Assembly: GCA_016649615.1 (NCBI GenBank)
Contig: JAENXK010000015.1
Span: 3,704 to 27,703, forward strand
Source of the DNA: Thermoleophilia bacterium
GTDB taxonomy: Bacteria; Actinomycetota; Thermoleophilia; Solirubrobacterales; 70-9
Direction: 5' to 3'
DNA length: 24,000 nucleotides
The position numbers and the translations under genes are program-made. Below the pieces are notes generated by a model. That model worked only from the letters and a program-made list of their open reading frames with translations. It had not been told where the DNA came from and did not search any database. Positions 14,977-21,857 of the stretch are shown one piece after another. The stretch's first letter is position 1; the number at the start of each line of letters is the position of its first letter.

Positions 14977-15741
14977 CTAGCGCCCGCGCTCCATCAGATA
15001 CCGCTTGGCCACGGCTCGTGACTCCTCGTCAGCCAGCGCGGCCATCGTGATTTCCGCGTCGCGAAAGCTCTGGCGGGTCGAGTAGGCCTCCTCGACCGAA
15101 GCGTCGACCAGCTGCTTGGTCTGCCTGATCAGGAACCCCGGCTTCTCCGCCAATCTGGCGGCCAGGGCCTCCACCTCGGACTCGAGATCGTCGTCAGCCA
15201 CGACCTGGTTGAGGAAGCCGAGCGATAGTGCCTCGGCCGCCGTGAAGGGACGGCAAGTCAGGACGAGTTCCTTGGTCATCGCCGGTCCGAGCTCTCGCAC
15301 CAGCCGCGGGATCCCGCCCCAGGCGAGCGGGATACCCAGATCGACCTCGGGGATCGAGAACCGGGTCGAGGCGGCTGCCAGCCGCAGGTCGCAGGCTGCC
15401 GCGAGGACAAGCGCGCCACCGACACAGTGACCGTGGATCCTGGCGATGGTGAGCGCCGGGATCGCGCCCACCGCTTCGGCCATCTGTCTGCCGAGGTCGA
15501 TCGTCGACGATGAAGGATCCGCGGTCCCGGCCGCATCAAGGTCGAATCCGGCAGAGAATGCCCGGCCCTCCCCGCCGACGATCACTACTTTCAGGTCCGG
15601 GGTCTCGGCAAGCACGCCGGCGGCCGCGGTCAACTCCCGGAGCGCTGTCGGACTGAGCGCATTGAGGCGCTCGGGCCGGGTCAGAGTGATCCGGGCGAGG
15701 GGCGACGTGGCTTCCAGTTTGAGGGCAGTGAATTCGGTCAT
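14977..15741 (-). CDS. Enoyl-CoA hydratase/isomerase (crotonase superfamily) protein
   Basis: ARITLTRPERLNAL, VVIVGGEGRAFSAGFDL and HGHCVGGALVLAAACDLRLA are classic crotonase blocks. I prefer the ATG at 15741 (MTEFTALKLE...). The ORF track's 15801 start is an alternative. Confidence 0.8.
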   Translation of the reverse strand: MTEFTALKLEATSPLARITLTRPERLNALSPTALRELTAAAGVLAETPDLKVVIVGGEGRAFSAGFDLDAAGTADPSSSTIDLGRQMAEAVGAIPALTIARIHGHCVGGALVLAAACDLRLAAASTRFSIPEVDLGIPLAWGGIPRLVRELGPAMTKELVLTCRPFTAAEALSLGFLNQVVADDDLESEVEALAARLAEKPGFLIRQTKQLVDASVEEAYSTRQSFRDAEITMAALADEESRAVAKRYLMERGR

Positions 15742-15842
15742 CCGGAGGGTCTCAAGCGTACCGTCACACGATCGCCCCATCGCGGACAATCCGTCATCCA
15801 TCTGTTCTTCCCCGTATCGGCGGACACGGTGATGCTCCGGTC

Positions 15843-16838
15843 TCAGCCGCCGATCGCGCTCATCGTGCGGGGCGGCTGCTGGAAGCCGGGTTCGTTGACC
15901 CGGTGCTTCAGCTCTTTTCGCCAGACAGCTTCCCGGATGATCCCGTCGATCTCGGCGTCATCGGCCCCGCTCCTCAGCGGCTCCCGCAGATCGGTCTCGC
16001 TCATCGAGAACAGGCAGGTTCGCAGCTTGCCTTCGGCGGTCAGCCGGATCCGGTTGCAGTCGGAGCAGAACGGTTCGGAGACCGGGTTGATGAAGCCGAT
16101 CTCTCCTCTCCCGTCGGTGAACCGGAAGACCCTGGCGGTGGCCGAGGGCTCGCGCGGGAGTTCCTCGATCGGGTGGATCGCGGCAACCATCTTCCGCAGC
16201 TGTTCACCGGCCAGCACAGATTCCGGAACCCACGAGCGGTCCCCGTCGAGCGGCATGAACTCGATGAACCGGACCTGGTACCGCGTCGAGCGGGCGAACT
16301 CGCAGAACCGCCCGACCTCGTCCTCGGTGAAGTCCCGAATCGCAACCGCGTTGACCTTTATCGGGTCGACTTCAGGGTGGGCGGCGAGCGCCTCCAGTCC
16401 GTCGAGAACCCGGGGCAGGGCATCGCGCCGGGTCATCTGGAAGAAGCGGTCACGCTGGAGTGAGTCGATCGAAACGTTGACCCGCTGGATTCCGGCCGAA
16501 ACCAGCGCCGCGGCATCACGCCCGAGCAGGTAGCCGTTGGTGGTCAGCGACAGATCACTGATTCCCTCGACGGCCGCCAGCATCCCGAGCAGGTCCGGAA
16601 ACTGCTTCCTGACCAGCGGCTCGCCTCCTGTCAGGCGGAGGTCTTCGATCCCCATCCCGGCGAAGATCGATACCAGTCGCGTGATCTCCTCGAAGGTGAG
16701 GATCTCCTCCCGATCCAGCCAGTCCAGGCCTTCCGCGGGCATGCAGTACTGGCAGCGGAAGTTGCAGCGATCAGTGACCGAGACCCGCAGGTCGCTGATG
16801 CGCCTTCCGTGGCCGTCGTGGAGTTGTCGGTCAGCCAC
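15843..16838 (-). CDS. moaA: GTP 3',8-cyclase MoaA (radical SAM)
   Basis: LRVSVTDRCNFRCQYCMP (CxxxCxxC), a GGEPL block, and the C-terminal auxiliary-cluster motif CSDCNRIRLTAEGKLRTCLF. The GTG start shares one base with the sulfatase stop (TAGTG). Confidence 0.95.
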   Translation of the reverse strand: MADRQLHDGHGRRISDLRVSVTDRCNFRCQYCMPAEGLDWLDREEILTFEEITRLVSIFAGMGIEDLRLTGGEPLVRKQFPDLLGMLAAVEGISDLSLTTNGYLLGRDAAALVSAGIQRVNVSIDSLQRDRFFQMTRRDALPRVLDGLEALAAHPEVDPIKVNAVAIRDFTEDEVGRFCEFARSTRYQVRFIEFMPLDGDRSWVPESVLAGEQLRKMVAAIHPIEELPREPSATARVFRFTDGRGEIGFINPVSEPFCSDCNRIRLTAEGKLRTCLFSMSETDLREPLRSGADDAEIDGIIREAVWRKELKHRVNEPGFQQPPRTMSAIGG

Positions 16839-18502
16839 TACCTTGCGCCAGCTTCTTCCAGAGCCGTCCGCGTCCGCTCCAGGAGGTCCTGGTACCCGGA
16901 ATCGATGACCTCTCCCGAATCCCGGTCAACCAGGTTGCGGATCTGATCCGGATCCGCCTTCATGTCGTACAACTCGTACTCCGGGTCCTTCCCGCCGGAC
17001 TCGTCCAGGTACACCGCGTACATCGCCTCCGGCGACCTCACCGCCCGGATCTGGTTCGGCCGGGCGACCACGTCCCTGTAGGCGGTGCCGGACTGGTGGT
17101 CGTCAAACGTGAAGTAGGAGAATTCCTGGACCGACCGGGCCGGCTCCGGGTGTTCACTCACCGCCGACCAGGCGAGCCCTGACGAGGCCAGCCGGTTCCG
17201 GTCGGGCTTCGATTCAGCGGCCAGCACCGGCGTCAGATCCCGGCCCCTCACCCCGTCGCCCGATGTGTCGACCCCAGCGATCGATGCGAGGGTCGGCAGG
17301 ATGTCGCAGAGCGAAGCCGGAGCCTCACTGGCCGCCGGCTCGGAGAACAGGATCGGGTTCGAGATCACCAGTGGCACGTTGATCGTCTCGTCGTAGGCGT
17401 TGAACATCTTCTGTCTGAGCCCGCCGTGCGACATGCCCATCTCGCCATGGTCGGAAGTCCTGACAATCACCGTCTTCGAGCGGAGCGACTCATCGTCTTC
17501 CGGGTCACCTAGCGCGGCCAGGATCCGGCCGACCTTTTCGTCGACGAGGCGCTGCAGGTGGGCGTAGAAGCGGCAGTAGTCGAGCTTCTCCTCGTCGCCG
17601 TTCAACCCCCCGAGAAAGGCGGCCTGGCCGAGCTTAATCGTCGCCTGCACCCGTGGCTTGGAGGCAAGGTTTTCGCCAGCTGACTCCGGCAGATCGATCT
17701 CGCCCAGATCCGCCCATTCGGAGCGGTCGTAGCCGCCCTGTTCAAAAGTGGACGGGTACCCGAGTACGTCATGCGGGTTGACCAGTGAGAAAATCAGGGC
17801 CCAGGGCTCGGGCGGGGGATCGGCCAGGAAGCGCTCGGCCTGGCGGGTGAAGTCCTCGTCAAAGCCCTGCCTGCTTCTTCCGGCCCCGCTGCCGCCCCCG
17901 AAATGAGATGCCTCAATGTTCTCGCCGGCATCGGGAGGCTCCCAGTCGTGCAGCCCGTAGCTGTCGGCCAGGTGATCGGTGTCACCCGGGCCCCAGTCGC
18001 CGTCCACCGGCTGACTGAGATGCCATTTGCCTTTCAGCACCGTGCGGTATCCGGCCCGTTTCAGGACCGTGGCGATGTTGGGCGTGGCCGGATCGAGGTC
18101 GCGTTCCTCGTCGCCGCCGTCCGGGCGGCGTACCGCGCCTTTTGCCACCGTGCCGAAAGCGTCGGCCGCCGACAGTTCCCCGTTTCTCACCGCGGCGAAC
18201 GCGCCCCGGACGCTCCAGTGGGCATGCCGCGGGTTTGCCTTCGCACCCCCCTGGGTCAGGGTCAATTTGACGCCGTGCTCGTCCGGCCAGCGACCGGTCA
18301 GAAGCGACGCCCGGCTCGGCGAGCACATACAGCTTGCGGCGCAGGTCTCGGTGAAGGTGACCCCGGTCCGGCTGATCTCGGCATCGGCCGGAGTCAGCTT
18401 CTCGAGCCACTCGGGATCGTCCGGCCAGTGCTGCGGCCGGCGCTGCTGGTCGGTGATGATCAGGAGAAGGTTCGGTGGAACTTCGCCGCCGCCATTGCTC
18501 AC
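16838..18502 (-). CDS. Cys-type sulfatase family protein (formylglycine-dependent), apparently cytoplasmic
   Basis: LLLIITDQQR and the sulfatase signature CMCSPSRASLLTGRWP (C-x-P-x-R). Downstream blocks: KGKWHL, TSDHGEMG. I see no signal-peptide-like hydrophobic N-terminus. Confidence 0.85.
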   Translation of the reverse strand: MSNGGGEVPPNLLLIITDQQRRPQHWPDDPEWLEKLTPADAEISRTGVTFTETCAASCMCSPSRASLLTGRWPDEHGVKLTLTQGGAKANPRHAHWSVRGAFAAVRNGELSAADAFGTVAKGAVRRPDGGDEERDLDPATPNIATVLKRAGYRTVLKGKWHLSQPVDGDWGPGDTDHLADSYGLHDWEPPDAGENIEASHFGGGSGAGRSRQGFDEDFTRQAERFLADPPPEPWALIFSLVNPHDVLGYPSTFEQGGYDRSEWADLGEIDLPESAGENLASKPRVQATIKLGQAAFLGGLNGDEEKLDYCRFYAHLQRLVDEKVGRILAALGDPEDDESLRSKTVIVRTSDHGEMGMSHGGLRQKMFNAYDETINVPLVISNPILFSEPAASEAPASLCDILPTLASIAGVDTSGDGVRGRDLTPVLAAESKPDRNRLASSGLAWSAVSEHPEPARSVQEFSYFTFDDHQSGTAYRDVVARPNQIRAVRSPEAMYAVYLDESGGKDPEYELYDMKADPDQIRNLVDRDSGEVIDSGYQDLLERTRTALEEAGAR

Positions 18503-19704
18503 GGTCGACCGTCCGCCTCGCCGCGGTCGACTGCCGCGATCACTGCGCGTCCGACCTCGATAGCCCGGCCCAGGGACCGGTCACTGATCCGGTCGGCCGT
18601 ATCGGTCGGAGCGTGGTAGTCGGGGATGCTCTCCGCCTGAACGCCCAGGGTGGCCGCGCGCCCGCCACGCACCAGGACCGGGGTCGAGTCATAGGGCAGG
18701 CCCGAACCGAGCGCAATCGGACTTAGTCCGAGATCGGGTCGCTCTCGTTCGATTCTCCTCATCACTTCCAGTATCCCGGAATCGGCCGGCCAGCTCTGCA
18801 TAGCGTTGCCTTCGCGCTCGAGGTAACGGAGCGGGGCGTCTCCGCCGACCCCGTCGAAGTTCAGAAACAGCCAGCCGGAGGTCTTGGTCGTGCGCAGGAA
18901 CGATCGCATCCCGAGCACGCCCGACTCCTCGCTGCCGGTGACCAGCAGAACCAGACGGGTCCCCTTCAGCGGTTCCACGGCGACCTCCGAAGCCAGTACG
19001 CCGGAGACCGCCGCGCCGGAAGCGTTGTCGTTGGCGCCGGGCACGTCTTCCCCGCGAATTTCCCTTTCGAGCATCAGGGCGGCTCCCAGCCCGCAGAGCA
19101 GGCGGGCCGCCCCGACCAGACCCCGGCCTGCCCGGTGTCGGCCGAGAACCGGGTCGAGCGCCTGAATGCCCAGTGCCGCCCCGACCAGGCCGGAGAGCCT
19201 GCCGAGATAAGGAGTCACCGAGGGGTGAAACATCAGCCCGCTACGCGAACTGTCGAGATGGGACACAAGACAGAGCGTCCGCACGACCTCTCCCTTCGGC
19301 TCGATCGTGGCCACCAGGTTGCGGCTCTCCCCGTGACAGGTCAGGCGGGATTCGCCAATTCGGCCGAAGCGGCCCTCGTCGAATCCGGCCGCCAGCGCGG
19401 CCAGCGAAAGCCCGGTGCCGAGGCGCGGGGAGAGCCGCCCGACCAGGCCGGCTGACGCAGCGGCGGCCAGAACCGGTCCGTAAAGCGAACCGAACGAAGC
19501 GCGGGACCTGAACCCGGTCAGATCCACCCCTGCCAGCCCGGATTCGAGCAGCCGTTCCCGCAGCGCCTCGGCTCCTTCCCGCTCGGCGTCCGAGCAGGGA
19601 CGCCGGGGGCCGACCCCGGAGGCCAGCATCGTCGTCCACTCGCGGGCCCTGGCCACGGCGCCGGGTCCCGAAGCGGGACCGGGCCCGCGAGAAGCCGGCT
19701 TCAC
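18499..19704 (-). CDS. M28-family metallopeptidase (aminopeptidase-like)
   Basis: The M28 metal-ligand blocks occur in order: SHLDSS, GANDNASGAAV, GSEESG, DYHAPTD. GTGA overlaps at both ends. Confidence 0.75.
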   Translation of the reverse strand: MKPASRGPGPASGPGAVARAREWTTMLASGVGPRRPCSDAEREGAEALRERLLESGLAGVDLTGFRSRASFGSLYGPVLAAAASAGLVGRLSPRLGTGLSLAALAAGFDEGRFGRIGESRLTCHGESRNLVATIEPKGEVVRTLCLVSHLDSSRSGLMFHPSVTPYLGRLSGLVGAALGIQALDPVLGRHRAGRGLVGAARLLCGLGAALMLEREIRGEDVPGANDNASGAAVSGVLASEVAVEPLKGTRLVLLVTGSEESGVLGMRSFLRTTKTSGWLFLNFDGVGGDAPLRYLEREGNAMQSWPADSGILEVMRRIERERPDLGLSPIALGSGLPYDSTPVLVRGGRAATLGVQAESIPDYHAPTDTADRISDRSLGRAIEVGRAVIAAVDRGEADGRP

Positions 19705-19964
19705 GGCTCCTTGTTCATTCTCGAGACGACCCGCTCGGCAACATCCGGCGGAGGCGGCTCCCGCAGGCCGCCGAGCCCCGAGACTGTACGCCGCAGCGCC
19801 GCCAGCAGCTTGCGGCAGCTCGAGCAGTCATGCAGGTGCCGGCGAGCCCGCTCCGTCTCTTCGGGAGGCAGTTCACCGTCAAGGTGCTCGGATAGATGCG
19901 CCCTGGTCCAGCGGTGCTCGCGCATGAACCAGGGCATCGTGACCATCTTCTTCAGAGGATTCAC
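19701..19964 (-). CDS. Small soluble zinc-binding anti-sigma factor (ZAS, zf-HC2 type)
   Basis: H-x3-C-x2-C motif (HLHDCSSC) preceded by SEHLDGELPPEE. 87 aa with no hydrophobic segment. GTGA overlap with the sigma gene. Internal ATGs at codons 7, 10 and 14 are possible alternative starts. Confidence 0.7.
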   Translation of the reverse strand: MNPLKKMVTMPWFMREHRWTRAHLSEHLDGELPPEETERARRHLHDCSSCRKLLAALRRTVSGLGGLREPPPPDVAERVVSRMNKEP

Positions 19965-20620
19965 TCCTCCCCCTTTCCGGTCAGGCCGGCGATCGACTTT
20001 CGGACCCGCAACCGGGCCCGGTGAAGGCGGCTCTTGAAGGCCGGCTCACCGAGTTCCATCACGGCCGCCGCTTCGGCGGTGCTCAAACCTTCTATGTCAC
20101 GCAGGACAAGAGGCAACCTGAGATCGGGTGGCAGGTCGAGGACGGCCTGTTTCAGGGCGCGCCGGAGCTCGGCCTGCTCGGCCTTGACTCCGGGGGCCTG
20201 CGAGCTGTCGGAGATTTCGAAGCCCGAATCGGCGTTAATCGAACGGGCGGTCCGCTCGCGATGACGGCCGACCTGTTCGGCCCTGCGGCGGGACTCGTTG
20301 ACCCCGATCCGGTAAAGCCATGTGAAGAATTTCGCATCGCCCTTGAAGCGATCGATCGACCGCCAGGCCCGGATAAAGGCCTCCTGAACAACCTCCTCAG
20401 TTTCTTCACCGCGCCCGAGCAGACGCGCGACCACGCTGTAGAGGCTGTCGGCATGGCGTCGAACCAGTGCCTCGAAGGCCGCTTCGTCGCCCGCCTGGGC
20501 CCTTTTGACCAGCCCCGCGTCCGGATCTTCCTTCACCGGCCGGAGGCTAACAGCAGCCCGGCCCGCGCCCGGCATAGCGAGGGATTCAAATCCCGGAACC
20601 GGCAATGCCAACCCGGTCAT
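19961..20620 (-). CDS. ECF-type RNA polymerase sigma-70 family factor
   Basis: Region 2 (AFEALVRRHADSLYSVVARLLG...EEVVQEAFIRAWRSIDRF) and region 4 (LPPDLRLPLVLRDIEGLSTAEAAAVMELGEPAFKSRLHRARLRVR). The ATG forms an ATGA overlap with the upstream gene's stop. Confidence 0.85.
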   Translation of the reverse strand: MTGLALPVPGFESLAMPGAGRAAVSLRPVKEDPDAGLVKRAQAGDEAAFEALVRRHADSLYSVVARLLGRGEETEEVVQEAFIRAWRSIDRFKGDAKFFTWLYRIGVNESRRRAEQVGRHRERTARSINADSGFEISDSSQAPGVKAEQAELRRALKQAVLDLPPDLRLPLVLRDIEGLSTAEAAAVMELGEPAFKSRLHRARLRVRKSIAGLTGKGEE

Positions 20621-21261
20621 GGCCGCCCTCCGGCCGGTTGCTCCGGCCCCGCCACCCGGGCATCGGATTCCGTCGGATCCCGGACCTCCGGTCGCCCGCC
20701 ACCAACTGTCTGCGGCCGGCCGCGCAGGCGGCGTTCAACCAGCGGTACCACGACAACGAGCGCGGCGACCGCCGCGATCGAGACGAAGAAGCCGGGCGAG
20801 CCGGGGTTGCCGAGCGAGCTGCCGAGCGCCACGAAAGCGATCGTGCCGGGCACGATGCCGATCACCGTCGCGCTCGTGTAGTCGCGAGGGTGTACCCCGG
20901 AAACGCCGAACGCGTAGTTGGTCAGGTTGAACGGGGCGACCGGGACCAGCCTGACCACCAGCACGGCGAGGAATCCGGATCCCGTAAGCCGTTCGTCGAA
21001 ACGGGCCAATCGCTTCCCCAGTCGCCGCTTGACCCGCTCCCGCCCGGCCCGGCGGGCAATCGCAAAGGCGGCGATCGCCCCCAGGGATGCCCCGGCCAGA
21101 ACCAGGATCGTTCCCCAGAACGGACCGAAAAGAGCTCCCCCGGCAATCGTGGCGACCGAGCCCGGCACCAGACCGACCGTCAGCAGGGCATAAGCCATGA
21201 CAAAGGCGATCGGCCCGAGCACACCTGCGGCCAACACGATCTCTTCGAGCTCGGCGGTCAC
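20617..21261 (-). CDS. TVP38/TMEM64 (DedA superfamily, SNARE-associated PF09335-like) membrane protein
   Basis: LVPGSVATIAGGALFGPFWGTILVLAGASLGAIAAFAIARRAGR and RLVPVAPFNLTNYAFGVSGV are typical of the family. I chose the GTG at 21261 (GTGA overlap with the upstream stop). The 362-aa ORF-track version runs through the neighbouring gene in another frame and is Arg/Pro-rich. Confidence 0.75.
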   Translation of the reverse strand: MTAELEEIVLAAGVLGPIAFVMAYALLTVGLVPGSVATIAGGALFGPFWGTILVLAGASLGAIAAFAIARRAGRERVKRRLGKRLARFDERLTGSGFLAVLVVRLVPVAPFNLTNYAFGVSGVHPRDYTSATVIGIVPGTIAFVALGSSLGNPGSPGFFVSIAAVAALVVVVPLVERRLRGRPQTVGGGRPEVRDPTESDARVAGPEQPAGGRP

Positions 21262-21857
21262 CGGAGCTCCCTGACCGCGAGGGCAACCCGCTGGACCACG
21301 GTTACCGCAACCATCGCGCCGAAAACCCAGGCGATCACGGCCGCCCGCGCCGGCCAGAAGCAGAATGCGGAGTAGGCGACAATTGTCTCGGTGCCTTCGG
21401 TCAATCCACCGGTGAAGCGCAGAGAGCGTTCGTCGCCGTGGTCGAGTCCCCGTTTCTCGACCAGGGCACTGAAGGAGAGCAGGGCGACATTGTTGAGCAG
21501 GTAGACAGCGAGCAGAAAGACGCAGGCGACCCGGGCATCCGGGACGGCTATCGCCACCCCGCAGACGAATCCGCCGTAGACCACGAAGTCGGCAAGGAAG
21601 TCCATGAAGCCGCCTAGATCCGAAGCCGTCTCCTGTCGGCGGGCCAGGACTCCGTCGAGCCCGTCGAGAGCCCGGTTTCCCAGCAACGCTGCGAGCGCGA
21701 TCCACCAGGCCCCGAAGGCCGCCGCCACACAGGCACCGAGACCGACCACCAGGCCGAGCGCGGTCACCATGGCGGGCGAAACCCCGGCCCGGTCAGCCGA
21801 ACGGGCGGCCACGTCGAACGCCGGCGCCAGCCTGGGTCTCAGGGCTGCGTCAAGCAC
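21258..21857 (-). CDS. CDP-alcohol phosphatidyltransferase family protein
   Basis: The signature D-G-x2-A-R-x8-G-x3-D-x3-D is present as DGLDGVLARRQETASDLGGFMDFLADF. 199 aa with multiple TM helices. The GTG start overlaps the radical SAM gene's stop by 8 nt. Confidence 0.85.
   Translation of the reverse strand: MLDAALRPRLAPAFDVAARSADRAGVSPAMVTALGLVVGLGACVAAAFGAWWIALAALLGNRALDGLDGVLARRQETASDLGGFMDFLADFVVYGGFVCGVAIAVPDARVACVFLLAVYLLNNVALLSFSALVEKRGLDHGDERSLRFTGGLTEGTETIVAYSAFCFWPARAAVIAWVFGAMVAVTVVQRVALAVRELR

Noticed and set aside
21262-21705. N-terminal 148 codons of the 362-aa ORF-track version of the TVP38 gene
   Set aside because: This part overlaps the CDP-alcohol phosphatidyltransferase gene in another frame and is Arg/Gly/Pro-rich. 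The recognisable TVP38 sequence starts right at the GTG (21261) that overlaps the upstream stop.
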